Assembly: GCF_964204645.1 (NCBI RefSeq)
Contig: NC_134035.1
Span: forward strand, 5,518,001 to 5,582,000
Direction: 5' to 3'
Source of the DNA: Tubulanus polymorphus
Taxonomy: Eukaryota > Animalia > Nemertea
Length of the DNA: 64,000 bases
Shown one piece after another: positions 22,731 to 34,800 of the stretch. Each line of letters begins with the position of its first letter. The first letter of the stretch is position 1. The translations under genes and the position numbers were made by a program. The notes below the pieces were generated by a model. It was not told where the DNA came from, made no database searches, and saw only the letters and a list, made by a program, of their open reading frames with translations.

Positions 22731-23629
22731 ATGGCATTGTTGAAATCGGCTTGAAATTCCGAATGTAATTTGTGAGATTTTAAATAAAGTTCACAAGGAA
22801 ACTATTTGTTCTGTGTCAGTTCGTCATAATGGTCAGACCTACGACAAGACAGTGTCATAGAGTTTCTTTATTCAAACAATTCGTGCACAGACATATGTGT
22901 AAAACCAGTAAACCAGTTCAATACATTGATTGAAGTGAAGCTGCCATTGACCTGGCGCAATAAGATACCAAATTAATCACTTAATAATCTGTGGTTATAA
23001 AAAAGTGACATTTGTTGCGTTATAACTATGAGCATATCAAATTGTGATGCTCTAAAAGGACGCTCCGTCATCTGCTCGTGCAGTAGGACTTCTCCGCTGC
23101 TGCTGATTAAGTTAGATGAAGTTAAGCTACCGTATAAACCTTAGATGAAGTAACTGTAATCTATGCGTAGTCCATCTTAGTGAGCGAAAATTCGCTGGGA
23201 TTCGAATCTAATCCGTGACGTCATCGACATTGCTAACCACAGCCGTTTATCGTGTTTTCTTTTTCTTCTGATTCGTTGTTAATCGACGATCATTTCACTC
23301 GATTATGATAACTGAACCCGCTGCCGGGAACTGAAAGTCAAATGAAGAGAATCGACATCGGTTTTCGCAGACGAACCAAGGAATAATTGGCGCTTCCAGT
23401 CGCTCACTGATTATCAGGCGCCATCTAGCGACTATGCACGACAGACGCGAGATGACAAACGACCGTACGCATGCTACTACTGCTAGATCGAAATACATTT
23501 GCATCATGAAACGAAGAAGAATATACCGTATTTTGATTAGACACTTACGACCACCTCAGACATGCGATATTACTTCCAACCCTTATTGTGTTACATCTGT
23601 AGTTTTCATTCATTGTTTTCACACTTGTA

Positions 23630-23878
23630 TTTCACCTAATGAGGGAAGATCACCTCACCTGATTAGGGAACGCCACTTCACCTAATGCGGGGATATCACC
23701 TCTCCTGACAGGGGATATCACCTCTCCTGATAGGGGATATCACCTCACCTGATGGGGGATGTCACCTCACCTGATGAGGGATATCACCTCACCTGATGGG
23801 GGATATCACCTCCACCTGATGAGGGATATCACCTCACCTGATGAGGGGATACGTCCCCAAAATGCTCGTGTGAATAAA
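23630..23878 (+). repeat. ~21-bp tandem array (GGGATATCACCTCACCTGATG) inside a Penelope-like terminus
   Basis: About 10 units; flanks cacttgtatttcacct and gtgtgaataaa resemble the single-copy hammerhead site at 50445-50502. Confidence 0.85.
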
Positions 23879-24758
23879 CCGTTTAAAACTGTACTAAAAT
23901 GGGAGTTACACAGTTATCGCTTTTATAGGCATTCGGTATAAACGTGAACTGCCATTCTCCCACTGTCCCTACCTAAGATTTAAACGACGATTATACACGT
24001 GTAGTTTGATCAATCTTACACTTTATTAAACGAAGAATGAAAACATTCACACTTAAACAAATCGATATTAAAACTGCTGCCTTTTATGTCCTAGATATTT
24101 TAGTTCATATTGCATATTTCACAGCTTTACAATCAAAGCAAGCAAGAACGAGGACGTAATGCATCAGTTAAATCGGAACTTCCAACGCTACTGTGGCAAT
24201 CGAGGATTCCACTTATGGTAATGAAGGATCCACTATAGTTGTCTTTAGTAGTTACTCGGTCTTCCGCATTTAATTTCTTCTACATTTAAATTGAAATCAA
24301 ACGAACTTTGCTCTTAAATTAATCAATCACTAATGAAAGCTGTACCAATCATTGAGTAAAAATGAGTGATTCGAATGCTTATTTGGTGGGTCCTTTGATT
24401 ATCTATTGATTCGGGAGCCTGAAATTTCAGTTCAAAACTCTAAATATTGATAATAGACTAATTTTGACAACGTTGATAATTTCTCTCCCACCATTTCCAT
24501 GGTATGTGGAGGGGAAATAATTCTGTTTACAAATATTTACAAACATCAAGAGAAAATGAAACATCTTAAATACAAAACAAGGTTTTTTTTACAGTATATA
24601 CAAAGGCATGTACTATTTGCAGTAGAGTAAGACACTACAGGGGGGTCAACATATCTAAACCAACTTAAATAAATCTTGCTAATTGGAAATTTGGAGTTTT
24701 AGATATATCAATGTTTCCAAATGTGTCTAAATTTTGAATGGTAAGACCGAGTAATCTC

Positions 24759-24773
24759 ACGCCATCTGGCGGA
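24759..24773 (-). promoter_or_regulatory. CTCF-like motif
   Basis: CCGCCAGATGGCG on the minus strand; similar motifs at 19134 (+), 23418 (-) and 60723 (+). Confidence 0.45.
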
Positions 24774-24803
24774 AAAGCCGGCGTCACCGGAGAGCGCGGC
24801 CCG

Positions 24804-25403
24804 TTAACATTTAAACTCCGGCGCAGAAACTGTGTCACTTTTACACGTCGTTGTGCTGCATAAGCATGTCTGGACGATAGCGGTGAAAAACAGCACCAAC
24901 GTTACTAGAAACGACAGAGCGCTGAGCGTCATGTGAACCGAGTACAGATCCGTCGCGGAGGACACGTCGAAATGCACCATCAACACTCGCCCGTAACCGA
25001 AACTCAACAACGACGACGCCAGCGACGAGATAAACGTGGCGAAATAACAAAGCCAACGATCGTACTTATAAACCGACAAACCGCTCACGCCTGCTAGAAT
25101 ATACACGACGACACCCCAGTACGGGAAATACTGCAAACATCGAGAATCCTCGGTCGAGCACATATCGTACACGGTCATCGGTATACATAGAATCACCAAC
25201 ACGACCGCGCTGAATATCAATATCAAACTCATTATTCTGATCGATACGAGTCGTTTCATTTTGTTATTACTACCGCTCTGATTGTCGGCGACGCCGTTCG
25301 GCTGCTGAGCCTGGTCCGAACCGCCGGACGGCGGCGCCGCGACGCTGTCGATGCCATCTATCGAACTGACTACAGTAGAGTTACGACCGTCCGAGCAGTA
25401 CAT
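24804..25403 (-). CDS. CD20/MS4A-like four-transmembrane protein, single coding exon, 199 aa
   Basis: Four hydrophobic helices; YFPYWGVVVYILAGVSGL resembles the MS4A TM2 signature (GYPFWG..F..SG.L); Cys pair in first loop; gccATG context; TATA-like motif 25428-25445; candidate AATAAA at 24022-27. Confidence 0.8.
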   Translation of the reverse strand: MYCSDGRNSTVVSSIDGIDSVAAPPSGGSDQAQQPNGVADNQSGSNNKMKRLVSIRIMSLILIFSAVVLVILCIPMTVYDMCSTEDSRCLQYFPYWGVVVYILAGVSGLSVYKYDRWLCYFATFISSLASSLLSFGYGRVLMVHFDVSSATDLYSVHMTLSALSFLVTLVLFFTAIVQTCLCSTTTCKSDTVSAPEFKC

Positions 25404-26082
25404 GGCGATGCGATCGCTCCTGGGGTGTATTTAAATCCTTATAGTTACAACTCGCATCGGGGGTTTTACATCCCTAACGGCGTTTCGGCGCACAGTGGGG
25501 CAACGGGCCTCCGAAAAACACGTAATATACAGATTCCTAGAAATTTCTTAACCGTCTCCTTACGCCTCGATTACACAATTTTGTTCCCGGTCATAATATA
25601 TTCATCCTAAACCTAACCGCAGTAAGCGACGTTACGCAGTGGCAGCTGATGTGTTTCAATGCTGCAGGTATATCAAATGCTGACCGCTTTTAATATGTGA
25701 AACATGTTTCACTGGCAGCTGTGCCGCCGCCGCCGTCGTCGTAGTCGCCGTGCACATGTCTGTTTCATATTTGAGTGACGTTCACGCGACGTTTACTTGG
25801 AATCGTATGAATAAAAAACTGAAACAACAATATGTGCGTGTATGTGCGTGTGCGTGTGTGCTTGTATAACGCTGTGTATTGATAAGGATCACCCCGCATG
25901 GTTGATCAACATTTTTCAAATGAAAACAACCGGGCATAGATTTGACGCAAAGCGAAGATATGATATTCAATCGGTAATCCGCAGCCTATCAATCTGTGTT
26001 GGTCTCGTTGAAGGTTCACCCTGGAAGGTGCGAGCCTCCAGGTGCACCTATTCCATTTGTCACCATCGTTTTTGCTTCGGTC

Positions 26083-26290
26083 CCAGGGGCGGATCCAGGC
26101 CCCCAGTTCACCTCGTTATGACAAGGGCACTCGTGTAGGGTGTCCCGGCGGGCACCGCAAATGCGACGCCCTTTGCGCAAGAGGGTCTGCGAGATCCCCC
26201 GACAATTTTGAAAATTTAGGTACATTTTTATGCAATTTTAGCGCATATTACTGCTTTAAGAAGTACTGTGATCAGAATCAGGGGCGCGAA
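26083..26290 (+). mobile_element. Fragments of non-autonomous CAGGGGCGGATCCAG-type DNA transposons
   Basis: CAGGGGCGGATCCAGG end with the typical GAGGGTCTG...AATTTTGAAAATT body; related ends near 26279, 26482 and 52295-52307. Confidence 0.5.
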
Positions 26291-27288
26291 CAAGAACTAT
26301 TTTTTGTTGGGCCCCGAATGACCACGTGTCGAACGACATCAATTTGCCCTGAGTCGAGTAACGAAGACTGGTTCCCGCTATCAAATTTGAGTTCATTCCT
26401 ATAACTCATAGATTTTTCTTATCTCACTTTTTTTCGTAATCCGATTTGCCTAATTTTTCTCATAGTTTTCAATCTCTATTCCAGGGGTGGATTTAGACCG
26501 TGTCGACCGTCGGAATTCTTTAGTGCCTTTTTACTTTTTCTCTCTGTATCAAAATTTGCCATTATTACCACCCAAGATACACAATAGATATTTTTCCTAA
26601 ATATATAACCTATGTTTCGTTTCTTGAATAAATGCCTCTCAGAGATGCTCAGAAAGCTCTAAAAGGATCGTAAAATTTCAAAAATTTTGCTGATACGCCT
26701 TTCCGCCAAATTAAGAATATATGCGCTTTTTATTGGTCGACGTGGTCACAACAGTCCCCAATTAAATCCCGCCGTCTTCAGCGGCATCTCACAGATTTTG
26801 TAGGTATTTCCAATTTTACAATTCTATCAGCGATACCTACATTATTTGTCTTGTTTATCTGCGTGAAAAACGCACTAGCCTTTTACCCTCACGAGACAGA
26901 TCTCAATCAGTATTTCGGTCGGCGCTTCTCCGTCGGAACATTGCGCATTACATTTTACTTTCAAATCCAACGGACTTCAATTCTTAGGCGTCGCTGTTGT
27001 TTACGCCGTGAAAAATGTTCAATTTCCGACCAAATTTGGCTTTTAGATTATTACGCACTACGTGCCGAGAAATCGTAACCCAATAATCTGACGCTCACTC
27101 ACAAACACTCGACGGCATTTACTTCATCAACCGTAAGTTCAAACAAGACGCAACTTGTCGAACCGTTTAGCGAGATAAACTTGCGTCGATATCCAAACGT
27201 GTTGAATTTTTTACTGGATAGAATTGTTTCGCTTCTTTTCAATGAGTTGGTCGTCGAACCAAACACGTGTCAACAGGCACGTTGACAT

Positions 27289-27600
27289 AGGCCTCGCTCA
27301 TAGACTAGGTTTGAATATGTGAAGGCCTTAATGAAAAAATATAGGTTTAGTGTGTAGCCCTCGCTAAAATGAGTTGAGATATGTTTAGGCTTCGCTAGAA
27401 TAAGTTTAGGTATGTGTAGGCCTCGCTAAAATAGGTTGAGATAGCCTGCTAAAATAGGTCGAAATATGTGCAGGCCTCGCTAAGATAGGTTGAGATATGT
27501 TTAGAGCTTGCTACAAGAGGTTGATATATATGTGGGCCTGGCTAAAATAGGTTGAGATATGTGTGGCCTCATCTATATCGGTTGAGATGTGTGCCTCATC
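27289..27600. repeat. ~30-bp minisatellite (AGGCCTCGCTAAAATAGGTTGAGATATGTGT), ~10 diverged copies
   Basis: Periodic recurrence of gcctcgcta / ggttgagatatgt. Confidence 0.85.
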
Positions 27601-28656
27601 TCTGCCTTCGCTATAACGCGGTACTAAGATTTCGTTCTTCGTTAATCGTAGTTTTTCTTTCGAAATATAAAAAGTAGTAGCGGCAGGAAATCCCAAATCA
27701 CCTGACCAACGCGTTTTTAATTCACTACTCTTTTGAGAACAGAATTTCATCGGTGTTTTTTTTTCGATTTCCGACGACGTTCATTCATCTTCGAACTATT
27801 TCGGATCGGTACTGACGTCATCGAGCGGGATGAGCCGCGAATGTCAGTGCCCGGTTACCTCGTGACCAACAAACAAACAAACGGACGAGAATAAACGCAG
27901 ATTGAATACCGCGCGGTTAATTACGCACCTGTTTGAGGGGGTAATTTGAAAAAGAAGACGCCAAGGACTGTTTTATTAGTTTGTTCAACGCGTGTAATCT
28001 ACCAAAGTCAATACTTGCCTTGCGCATTGTCTACTAATCGAAAACCGCCAGTCGGAGTAAGTCCCGAATTTGTTTTGGAACTTTGCACGCGGTTGGCGAA
28101 TGTAAGAGGAAAAAAGGCTTCTTTGCAATACTACGTTATTGGCTGCTCGTGAGAAGATTGTCTTCATTGGGTAGTGCGGCGGGACCACAGTCAAACGAAC
28201 ATTAAACCCTATCATATACATGATACGCGATATTTTATGAATGCGCTCGTAATGATTTCCTGCGCACGCTTCTGGTGATTTTCCATTTTTTTTTCATTCA
28301 CCAGTTAGCTTCTACTTTTTTCCAACTTTCTTGATTTCAAAATCCCAACGATCACAATTCACAAAAAAATGCTATATATTTCAAATATATTCTTATCCTA
28401 AATGCAAATTGTTTATACGAAATTTCACCCCGCAATCCCGAAGTAAAACTGTCGACATTCTTCGTTTTAGTCGTGGATTGAAGAATTTCTATAAATAAAT
28501 TATTACAAAATTCTATCCTTAGATAAGTTTAAGCTTAACCTGTCAAACGTCTACGTTTCAGTCATAAATGCTCGACTTGACGCTTTTGCCACGTGTCTCA
28601 TTCGAGGTTTAGCTTTCTTATATCGTTATCAAAGATAACTTATGCGGATTAAATTT

Positions 28657-28976
28657 CATCTTCAGGACGATAAGAAGCCGCAAAATTCTGAATCTTTCGA
28701 CCAATCTATTGAAAATCAGTTCAGGACACCCTACCCTTATATGAAAATTGAATACAGCATCATCAGGATGATATGAAGTCCCAAAAATCTAGATCTTTGG
28801 ACCAATCTATTGAAAACCAGTTCATTACACCCTAACCATATACGAAACTTTAATACGTCATCTTCAGGACGATATAGAGCCCCAAAATTCTCGATCTTTC
28901 GACCAATCTACTGAAAATCAGTTCAGTGCACCCAACACTTATATGACAATTGAATACAGCATCTACAGGACGATAT
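28657..28976. repeat. 101-bp tandem repeat, ~3.2 copies
   Basis: catc(t/a)tcagga(c/t)gata-like motif recurs at 28657, 28758, 28859 and 28960. Confidence 0.9.
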
Positions 28977-29864
28977 TCAGGGACATTCGCCTTTGCAGAC
29001 GAAACTTTACCTAGAAATGGTTTTATCCCCGAAGCAAGCTTCAAGTAAGCAGTCGATATATTTCTCATATCGTCATTAAAGAACTTAAAGGACCCGAACA
29101 ACTCGACGGCGGTGCTGGCCGAGTCGGTTTTATTGTATCGAACACGAAACTTCGTCAAATATAAATTAAAATCATTTGAACGCGCATTAATTTTATTTTC
29201 TCAATTCACCTCGGCGAACGAACGTTCGTTCGTCGGGGGTCGATATTCAGCGCAGTTCCGCGCTATACAAAGCTCGCCATCGTCGGGTCATCAACAATTG
29301 ATCTATACGTTCGCAGTTCACGTGAATAGAGGTTTTGTTTCCGACTGTACGAGGTGATGATTTATTGAATGATTTTCAAGTAGTAAAATTGGCGTCAATG
29401 ACGTAAAGAAACAGGAGAAAGCGCTGCCACCACCCACCGTGTGCAGGATAATACTCGCTGCGGCGCGAAACAAAATCTTTCAAAGATTCAGCAGTTTTCG
29501 AGCTTGTTAAAATTGATAGGGCACACGCCGAGCAGGGAAAATCCGAAACTTCCTTTCTGAAGAAAGGCGGAGAAAATTCAAACTTTTGAGTGAATTTCTA
29601 AGTACAACGACTACGATGAGTTTATTAGTGGCGTTGAAAGGATATATACTACACATAATAATAAGATGATACAGTTAACCATTTTAAGAAAGAGTTTAAG
29701 AAGAGTTTTTTCGTGAGTAAGGTATATACTCAAAATCATACTTGGATCGACTCCTCAACCAGGCTTAGCCAACAGCAATAGTCGAAAGAGGGAATCCTCT
29801 AATAAATGTTTATAACTTTATTTTATTTGGTTAATAGCACAATATACACGAAGCTACCCACCTG

Positions 29865-29970
29865 CCTGGCTGGCTGGCTGGCTGGCTGACTGACTGACTG
29901 ACTGACTGACTGACTGACTGACTGACTGACTGACTGACTGACTGACTGACTGACTGACTGACTGACTGAC
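29865..29970. repeat. Compound tetranucleotide microsatellite (CTGG)n(CTGA)n
   Basis: About 5 CTGG followed by about 21 CTGA units. Confidence 0.95.
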
Positions 29971-31469
29971 TTAGTTGCCGGGCCATAACAAGAAGAGTCG
30001 AGAAACGTAACAGTCTTTGCCGGAAGTGTCTTGGCATTTCCCAAAACCAAATGTCCAGATTCAATGTCCAGCTTTATATTAACACATCGCGTGGCAAAAA
30101 GAAAAGAAAATTATTTTAGATGATATACGTTTATTTCGAAATATATTTTTTTCCGCGACGGTTTTATTTGAAAATCCATTTCTCTATATATGTGTCACGC
30201 GTACGCAAGACACGCGCCTTTTACAACACGAAAAGCGCCGTTCACGTTAAAAATCCACGAGAGGCTCCCGGCACGTGGGTTACCTACACTGTACCATTAA
30301 CACTTTTTGTTCCTGTTTTAACTGACATGAGACGCATATACCATCATAGTAATCATCAGTTATGATAACGACACTTCATTAGAAAATTTACGAGACAGAT
30401 ATTGCGAGGGAGTTTTTTCTCCAAAGAAAATCAAAATATTCCGAGGAAGGGGATTGTGACCCCTGAAAATTTGAAGGAAATCGGTGATATTTACTTTATA
30501 AGACTCTCTAAAATGAATTGGGGAAAGATAAAGCGATTCATATATATTTCTACGGCTACTTTCCATTCGATTTCGCATGCGAACAAACACGAAGTCAAAT
30601 ACCGCCATTTTCTATTCACAATAACGACATTTCAGATTTCTTTCATTTTCCGATTCCATATTTAAGGCGATTTCGATTTTTTCTCGCGTTTGAACGAGCG
30701 CAAATCGGCAGATAGAAGCGAGCACCGGCATCATTTGAAAAATCTTCATGAGCGCTTCAGAATTATAAATGGCCGGTTGTGAGAAGCGAGCAGCTGGCTC
30801 ACAGAAATCTATCAACTTCTAACCGCCGAAAGAGGTTCTTCTTGGCGCGCTTCTCAATACGGTGTAATCAACACATTTTCGCGACAGTCCGCGACATGCT
30901 CCACCTGGGCAAATTAAGCGCGTATGCAAATATGGCGAAGGGTAATTCTGTTCGGATAGAAACGAGCGCCGGCGACGGCGATTGCGATCGGTTTGCAACT
31001 TGAACAATAATGAATACCCAAAAGCTTCATTCATTATTCACGCGAGTCTCTCGACACAATCGATGATGGCCGGAAAATGACAAGCGATCAGACGAGAAGA
31101 AGCCGCTCCGTGACATAAGACACGATAAACAATATACGCGCACGTGTATATAGATCATCTGATTAATATCTAGTTCATTCTAAGTATATTATGCACGCGC
31201 TATCATTCTTAACGAAACTAATTTGCTATCGATATACGCTTTTATAGGCGCTCGCCGTGTCGTAATTCTGTGGTCAGTTAAGCGCCTGCTTTCAAGTATA
31301 GTCGGCGATAAGCTTCTATTACAAACCGAATCTACGTAAAAACTACAAAAATGATATCTACTTATCGAAGTAATTAAATGTATGACAATCTTACATCGAT
31401 TTTAAAGCTGGCGTTTTAGATTTGATACTCACGTATATCGTTTACATAAGGTAACCCCCGAGAAGCTAT

Positions 31470-31815
31470 TTCCGTCTCTTGGCCATGTAGAAGGGTTTCT
31501 CCAATGCGCTTTAGGAGATTGTCGGATGTTGTATTCATCAAAGTTATAAATTTGTAAATGCTCGGATTATTTCAATAGTATTGGTGGATAAAATTGCCTC
31601 TCCGGGTGTTTTGGTGTATGCGGCATATAGTAAAACAATATTCAACAGTTATTCATCTTCGATTCGGTTCGAGCCCAAAACGGTTTTCGCGCGCGATCTG
31701 GTCCATCTACACCACTCTATATCATAAGGTCGTGGTTTCAAAAGCGGAATTTACAGAAAGCATTTACTATGATAGGGTCACCGATATCAAGGTATCTCTC
31801 GTAAGTAAAGGCTGA
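31470..31815 (-). pseudogene. Decayed LINE ORF2 3' end
   Basis: Minus-strand peptides ERYLDI..NAFCKFRF*NHDLMI, RW..IARENR, IEDE, QYY*NNPSIYKFITLMNT..LLKRIG match the C-terminus of invertebrate CR1-group ORF2. Confidence 0.7.
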
Positions 31816-34800
31816 TTTTAAGGGCCTTTATTATTCACAACGGTGGCGAATTCGATATTTTGCCCGATGCGCGCCCACTCATTTTAGGGCTTTTCTCGTT
31901 TTTGTATACAAGCTTGTCTCCAGATCCGACATAATTTATTCGGGTCTGAATAATACCCCGCGGTTACCGATATAGAATATAAAGTTCTAGCTAAGGAGAT
32001 CGTCTGAAAAAGCTATACTGAACCGCGCGGTCAAAATCTTAACCAGCAACCGCGCGGAACGATAGTGGACCTTCCTGAGAATTGAGCCGCTAATTCCCTG
32101 AAGGAATTTTACTAATAATTCCCATATACGTCTAATCGAATTAGACGCGTGTGTAATATAGACATAGCTTATTATTATTGTCCTCGTTGATAATTGATTA
32201 AGTCCGCAGAATTGACGGACGCTTCCTCTATATTTGACTTTTACGTATGTGAACAGCTAAAAACGAGCTGGCGAGTAATAATGCTATAATAAACTATAAT
32301 GCGCAGATCCTCTATTCACGCCCTAAAGCCGACACATATAGCCTTAGTTTCATCGATCAATCGATATCTCATATCGACGGATTAACGGCAACTATTAAAC
32401 GCATTTTCTGCGCTATTCCAGTGTCGTTCATTTAACCGTTACGTAAATGGTAGTGATCGGAATGCGGACACGGGCCCGGATGCGGGTTCGATTGATGACA
32501 TTATAATTGACGAGGGTAATTTCTAAAAGAAATCTCTCGCGATTTGCTTTTGAATGATTTGAAAGGATTACGATTTATATGATTCTATATTTTTGAAGTT
32601 GTTTTGTTCTAAAATAACACCGATCATTTCGCTAGACGGGAACTCTAGACGTCAATCCGGATGAATTGATTCTTTTTTTTTGACGCCGTAAAACCATTTA
32701 AATGATTTTCATAAACATAGATACCGATAGTATACGTTATTTAAGCGGTTCTGTGTGAGTCGATATGCACTACGTCATCAACATTGGTGTTTCGAAATAA
32801 CAATATGGCGTTTGGTTTTTATTTCGACAATTATTTTTGAGAGTATGCGCACTACGTCATCGATATATCCAGGCTAGACTGGTTGCCGGGCAATTTAATT
32901 CAATTATCGATACACTACTCAAATCCGAAACTTTATTGATAACTATATTTATTCTTGATATTATACAATTTGAATATCATATATTGTCTATAATATAAGC
33001 AATACATGTTATTTTTCAAGGCGTCAACAAAATTAATTTTCATGATTCAGTCAGCCAACGCTTTAGAAATCTATCTTAAACCCGATAAGATCGCTGTATC
33101 TAGGACGTTTTCATCTGCCAGTTCTAAACATGTAAGACCCGCGACACGCCGCAACTGCAGAATTCGATAGAATATAGAATGAAAGTACACATTGGATGAT
33201 AACCGACTATTATTTCGATCTGTTTCCAGTTCTGACATTTTACGGTCACTTTCAAGTATATACACAAAACTGATAATATGGAAATTACGCAAGAATTTCT
33301 AACAACTTCGGTTTTATAGCCAGTTACTGAATAAATTTGCGCTGTACGAATAAACGGAAGCGTGCATTATGGCGGCAATAGTCGGCACTGATAGGAATAT
33401 CCAGTTTATGCCAACGGGAACTAAACAAAGAATCAAGAACATAAAACGCCTCATTTTCTGTGAATAATCTTCACGAGTAAATACACTTGTTGAAACGTTG
33501 TTCCGTTTTAATCAGCTGCTAATGAAGTAACTTCAGATTGCATTAGGTTTGATCAATTTCGATCGATCTAGAAAGCCCGACGCCCGACGCATAATTGCTG
33601 GAGTGTCATTTTAGAATTGGCAATGCTTTCTCAGCCGCCAGTGGCTGTCGGTCCGGTTAGTCAGTTTTAATGAACTGTTTGACCTCTCCGGCCTCAAACA
33701 CTCTTACACAACACTACTGACGTACGGCCGAGAGTTTTATATAATACGTAATAACGTTATCTACATAGTTTCCTATTTACGAATACGAGTTCAAATACGC
33801 CCCGAGATATGTGTCCTGAATTCTTCTAAATTCATAAGTTCCAGAGCAAGGCAAATCGAGAAACTGCTTTTCTTCCAAAAGTGTTTAAGGTGGACGACAT
33901 ATGGGCGCATCCCCGGGGGAATAATGAGACTTCTACTATACAAGTCCATCAGATCTTTGAGTGTCTTTTTCGCATGATATCAACAAACAGAAAACTTTTT
34001 GGACATCAAAGTGCCTTTTAGGATGTGACAAATTCAGGACAGAAATTGTCACCATAAAACAGCCGAGGGCGACGAGGATTACCGAAATAATCTCTCCAAG
34101 CTTTTTAGATATCGAAGTGCCCTTTTTGAATGTGACAAGTTCTACAAAATTAGCTCTTGCATTCATTCATGCGCCGGGGTTGACAAAGTTTATACCGATC
34201 GTGCCGAGCCACGAAGGTTTCAAAACAGGTTTGTGTTAGTTTCAAAAAATTTAAAAAGGCAAACTGCTGACGGACTCGTAATTACGAGCAAAAATTTGAA
34301 GTCAATCCGTACCGGAACTGGCTGCCGTCAGTTATAAATACATTCGCGCTTCAACATCCGAGACGATCTAAAGCTTGGTATATTTTAATTAGGATCTCTT
34401 GTGCATTCCACACGAGTTGACATAAAGATAAGGCCGACGATAGAACTCACTGCGAAACCATTATTGCCCGCGCGATAAGGTCTTTATTGCAGCGACACAG
34501 TCGTTACGCCCTCCAAAATGGAAGAACTGTCGCAAACTGTTCGCGTCCATATAAAAAGGCAATTCGGAAAACAAGTCAGGCTTACCGTAGTTGATAAGTA
34601 CACGCACGCACGGGCTCGCGCTTCACAACGAGACATCGTCCTGACACTGATAATCAGTTTTGTAAATACGCTAATAAAATCTCGACCGTCATCGAATCTG
34701 CGCCGGAAAAAAATGAAACTTGCCCGCGCCATACACACACGCTATCGACCGACGGGCGACGTATAAAAAATTGAAATATCCGCCAGTATTCATCTCCGGC

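Noticed and set aside
29823-30064. SVSQ-repeat ORFs
   Set aside because: Translation of the (CTGA)n microsatellite.
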